A DNA stretch of 64,000 bases from Okamejei kenojei (taxonomy: Eukaryota), in NCBI GenBank assembly GCA_035221665.1, contig CM069142.1:34348001-34412000 (forward strand). Reading direction: 5' to 3'. The notes beneath the pieces are model-generated. The model did no database searches. It was not told the origin of the DNA and was given only the letters and a program-made list of their open reading frames with translations. Shown here in pieces: positions 62,618 through 64,000 of the stretch. How positions within the stretch are numbered: the first letter of the stretch is position 1; the number at the start of each line of letters is the position of its first letter. The position numbers and the translations under genes were made by a program.

Positions 62618-64000
62618 GTTAGTGGAGATTTGCTTGGAGATACCAGAGAAAAAATGTGTAGGGACGAACTGTAGGTGCTGGTTTACACCAAATATGGACA
62701 AAAAATGCTGCAGTCACTCTGCAGGTCAGACAGCTTCTCTGGAGAAAAGGAATAGGTGACTTTTCGGGTTGACTCCTCTCTTTAGACTGAGTGTCAGGTG
62801 AGAGGGAAACCAGAGGAATGAAAAGGTACAAAGAACAAATGAATTGTGCTTGGGCAGCTTATAACCCAGCAGTATGAATCGTGATTTCTCTCATTTCAAG
62901 TAACCCTTGCATTCCCTCTCTCTCCATCCTTCCCCCGACTAGTTGTCCTACCAGTTTCCACTGTCATCCTGCTTAGTTTCACTGTTTGTTTCACCTCTAT
63001 CGCCTTTTCCCACAGCCCACAATGGACCATTGTGGGCTCCACCTTTCTTGATCACCTGACTTTGATTTGTTCCTTTCGCACCTTTTATTCACTTGCTTTT
63101 TGTACCTTTTCATACCTCTAGTATCTCTCTCCCCTGACCCAGAAGATGGGTCTTGACCTGAAATTTCATCTATTCCTTTTCTCCAGAGATGCTGCCCTGA
63201 CCCGCTGAGTTACTCCAACAATTTATCTTATCTACCAGAGAACTAAACTCCAGTGCTTTCGTTCACCTGTGTGAAAATATATCAGCTGAAAAAGGGTCCC
63301 TACCTGAAACCATCAGCCTATCAACTTCCCACCCCCCCCCCCCCCATATCCACCTATCACTCCCTGCCTGAGGTCATCTGTTGCCAGTCCTTTGTCCTGG
63401 CCTCTTCTTCCTTCCCCTTTCCTTCAATCAGTCTGAAGAAAGTCCTGACTCATAACGTCACCTATCCATGTTCTCCAGAGATAGACAATAGACAACAATA
63501 GGTGCAGGAGTAGGCCATTCAGCCCTTCGAACCAGCACCGTCATTCAATGTGATCATGGCTGATCATCCCCAATCAGTACCCCGATCCTGCCTTCTCCCC
63601 GTATCGCCTGACTCCGCTATCTTTAAGAGCCCTATCTAGCTCTCTCTTGAATGTATCCAGAGAACCCGCCTCCACCACCCTCTGAGGCAGAGAATTCCAC
63701 AGATGCTGTCTGACCCGCTGAGTTACTCCAGCACTTTGTGTTTTGTTTTGATTTTTCACCTTTAATTAAAACTCCTGAACGTTAGATTTTAAGTAAAGTG
63801 TTCAAATGTTATCGGGGAGGAATTTCAATCTTTGTTTCTTTCTTGAACATTGTTAGGAACCAAAAGAATGAGAGTTTAATTGAGCAGATGAGTGCATTAA
63901 AAAAAACCTGAATAATAAGGTCAAAATGCAAAGTGCTGGAGGAACTCAACGGGTCAGGCAGCATCTGTGGAGGGAATGAACAGGAAATGTTGCTGGCCGG

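Noticed and set aside
62618-64000. Stop shortly after exon 8 (ISG*) implying a secreted PTGFRN
   Set aside because: A canonical AG|GTTAGT donor precedes the stop; the TM exon is expected beyond the window edge.

Overview
Eukaryotic, repeat-dense genomic DNA, most likely from a cartilaginous fish (skate or ray). That assignment is inferred from abundant HE1-type V-SINEs with CR1/HER1-like tails. The main feature is a plus-strand EWI-family immunoglobulin gene, best matching PTGFRN (CD9P-1/EWI-F). It has a 49-nt signal-peptide exon in a CpG island at 22.7 kb, a ~26.8-kb first intron, and seven further coding exons (49.5-62.6 kb) encoding six V-type Ig domains. All introns are phase 1 and GT-AG, giving 2473 coding nt in the window; the transmembrane exon must lie beyond the right edge. 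A second CpG island at 13.1-13.9 kb has NRF1/YY1/GC-box motifs and a minus-strand splice donor, suggesting the first exon of an unidentified divergent gene. The rest is mostly mobile DNA: V-SINEs, CR1, Rex1/Babar, L1, Penelope (GIY-YIG) fragments, and hAT, Harbinger and Tigger-like MITEs. Most notable observations: (1) an orphan TDP2-like exon 1 with intron stub fused to a CR1 3' end; (2) the PTGFRN exon 3 branch point and pyrimidine tract appear to be built from an antisense LINE; (3) more than 20 minimal hammerhead-ribozyme-like motifs occur in Penelope-derived termini, many as foldbacks in the PTGFRN pre-mRNA. I find no evidence of a novel multi-gene system. Nearly all short ORFs in the supplied track are repeat-derived or spurious. 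Repeat boundaries are by eye and approximate unless a TSD or TIR is given.
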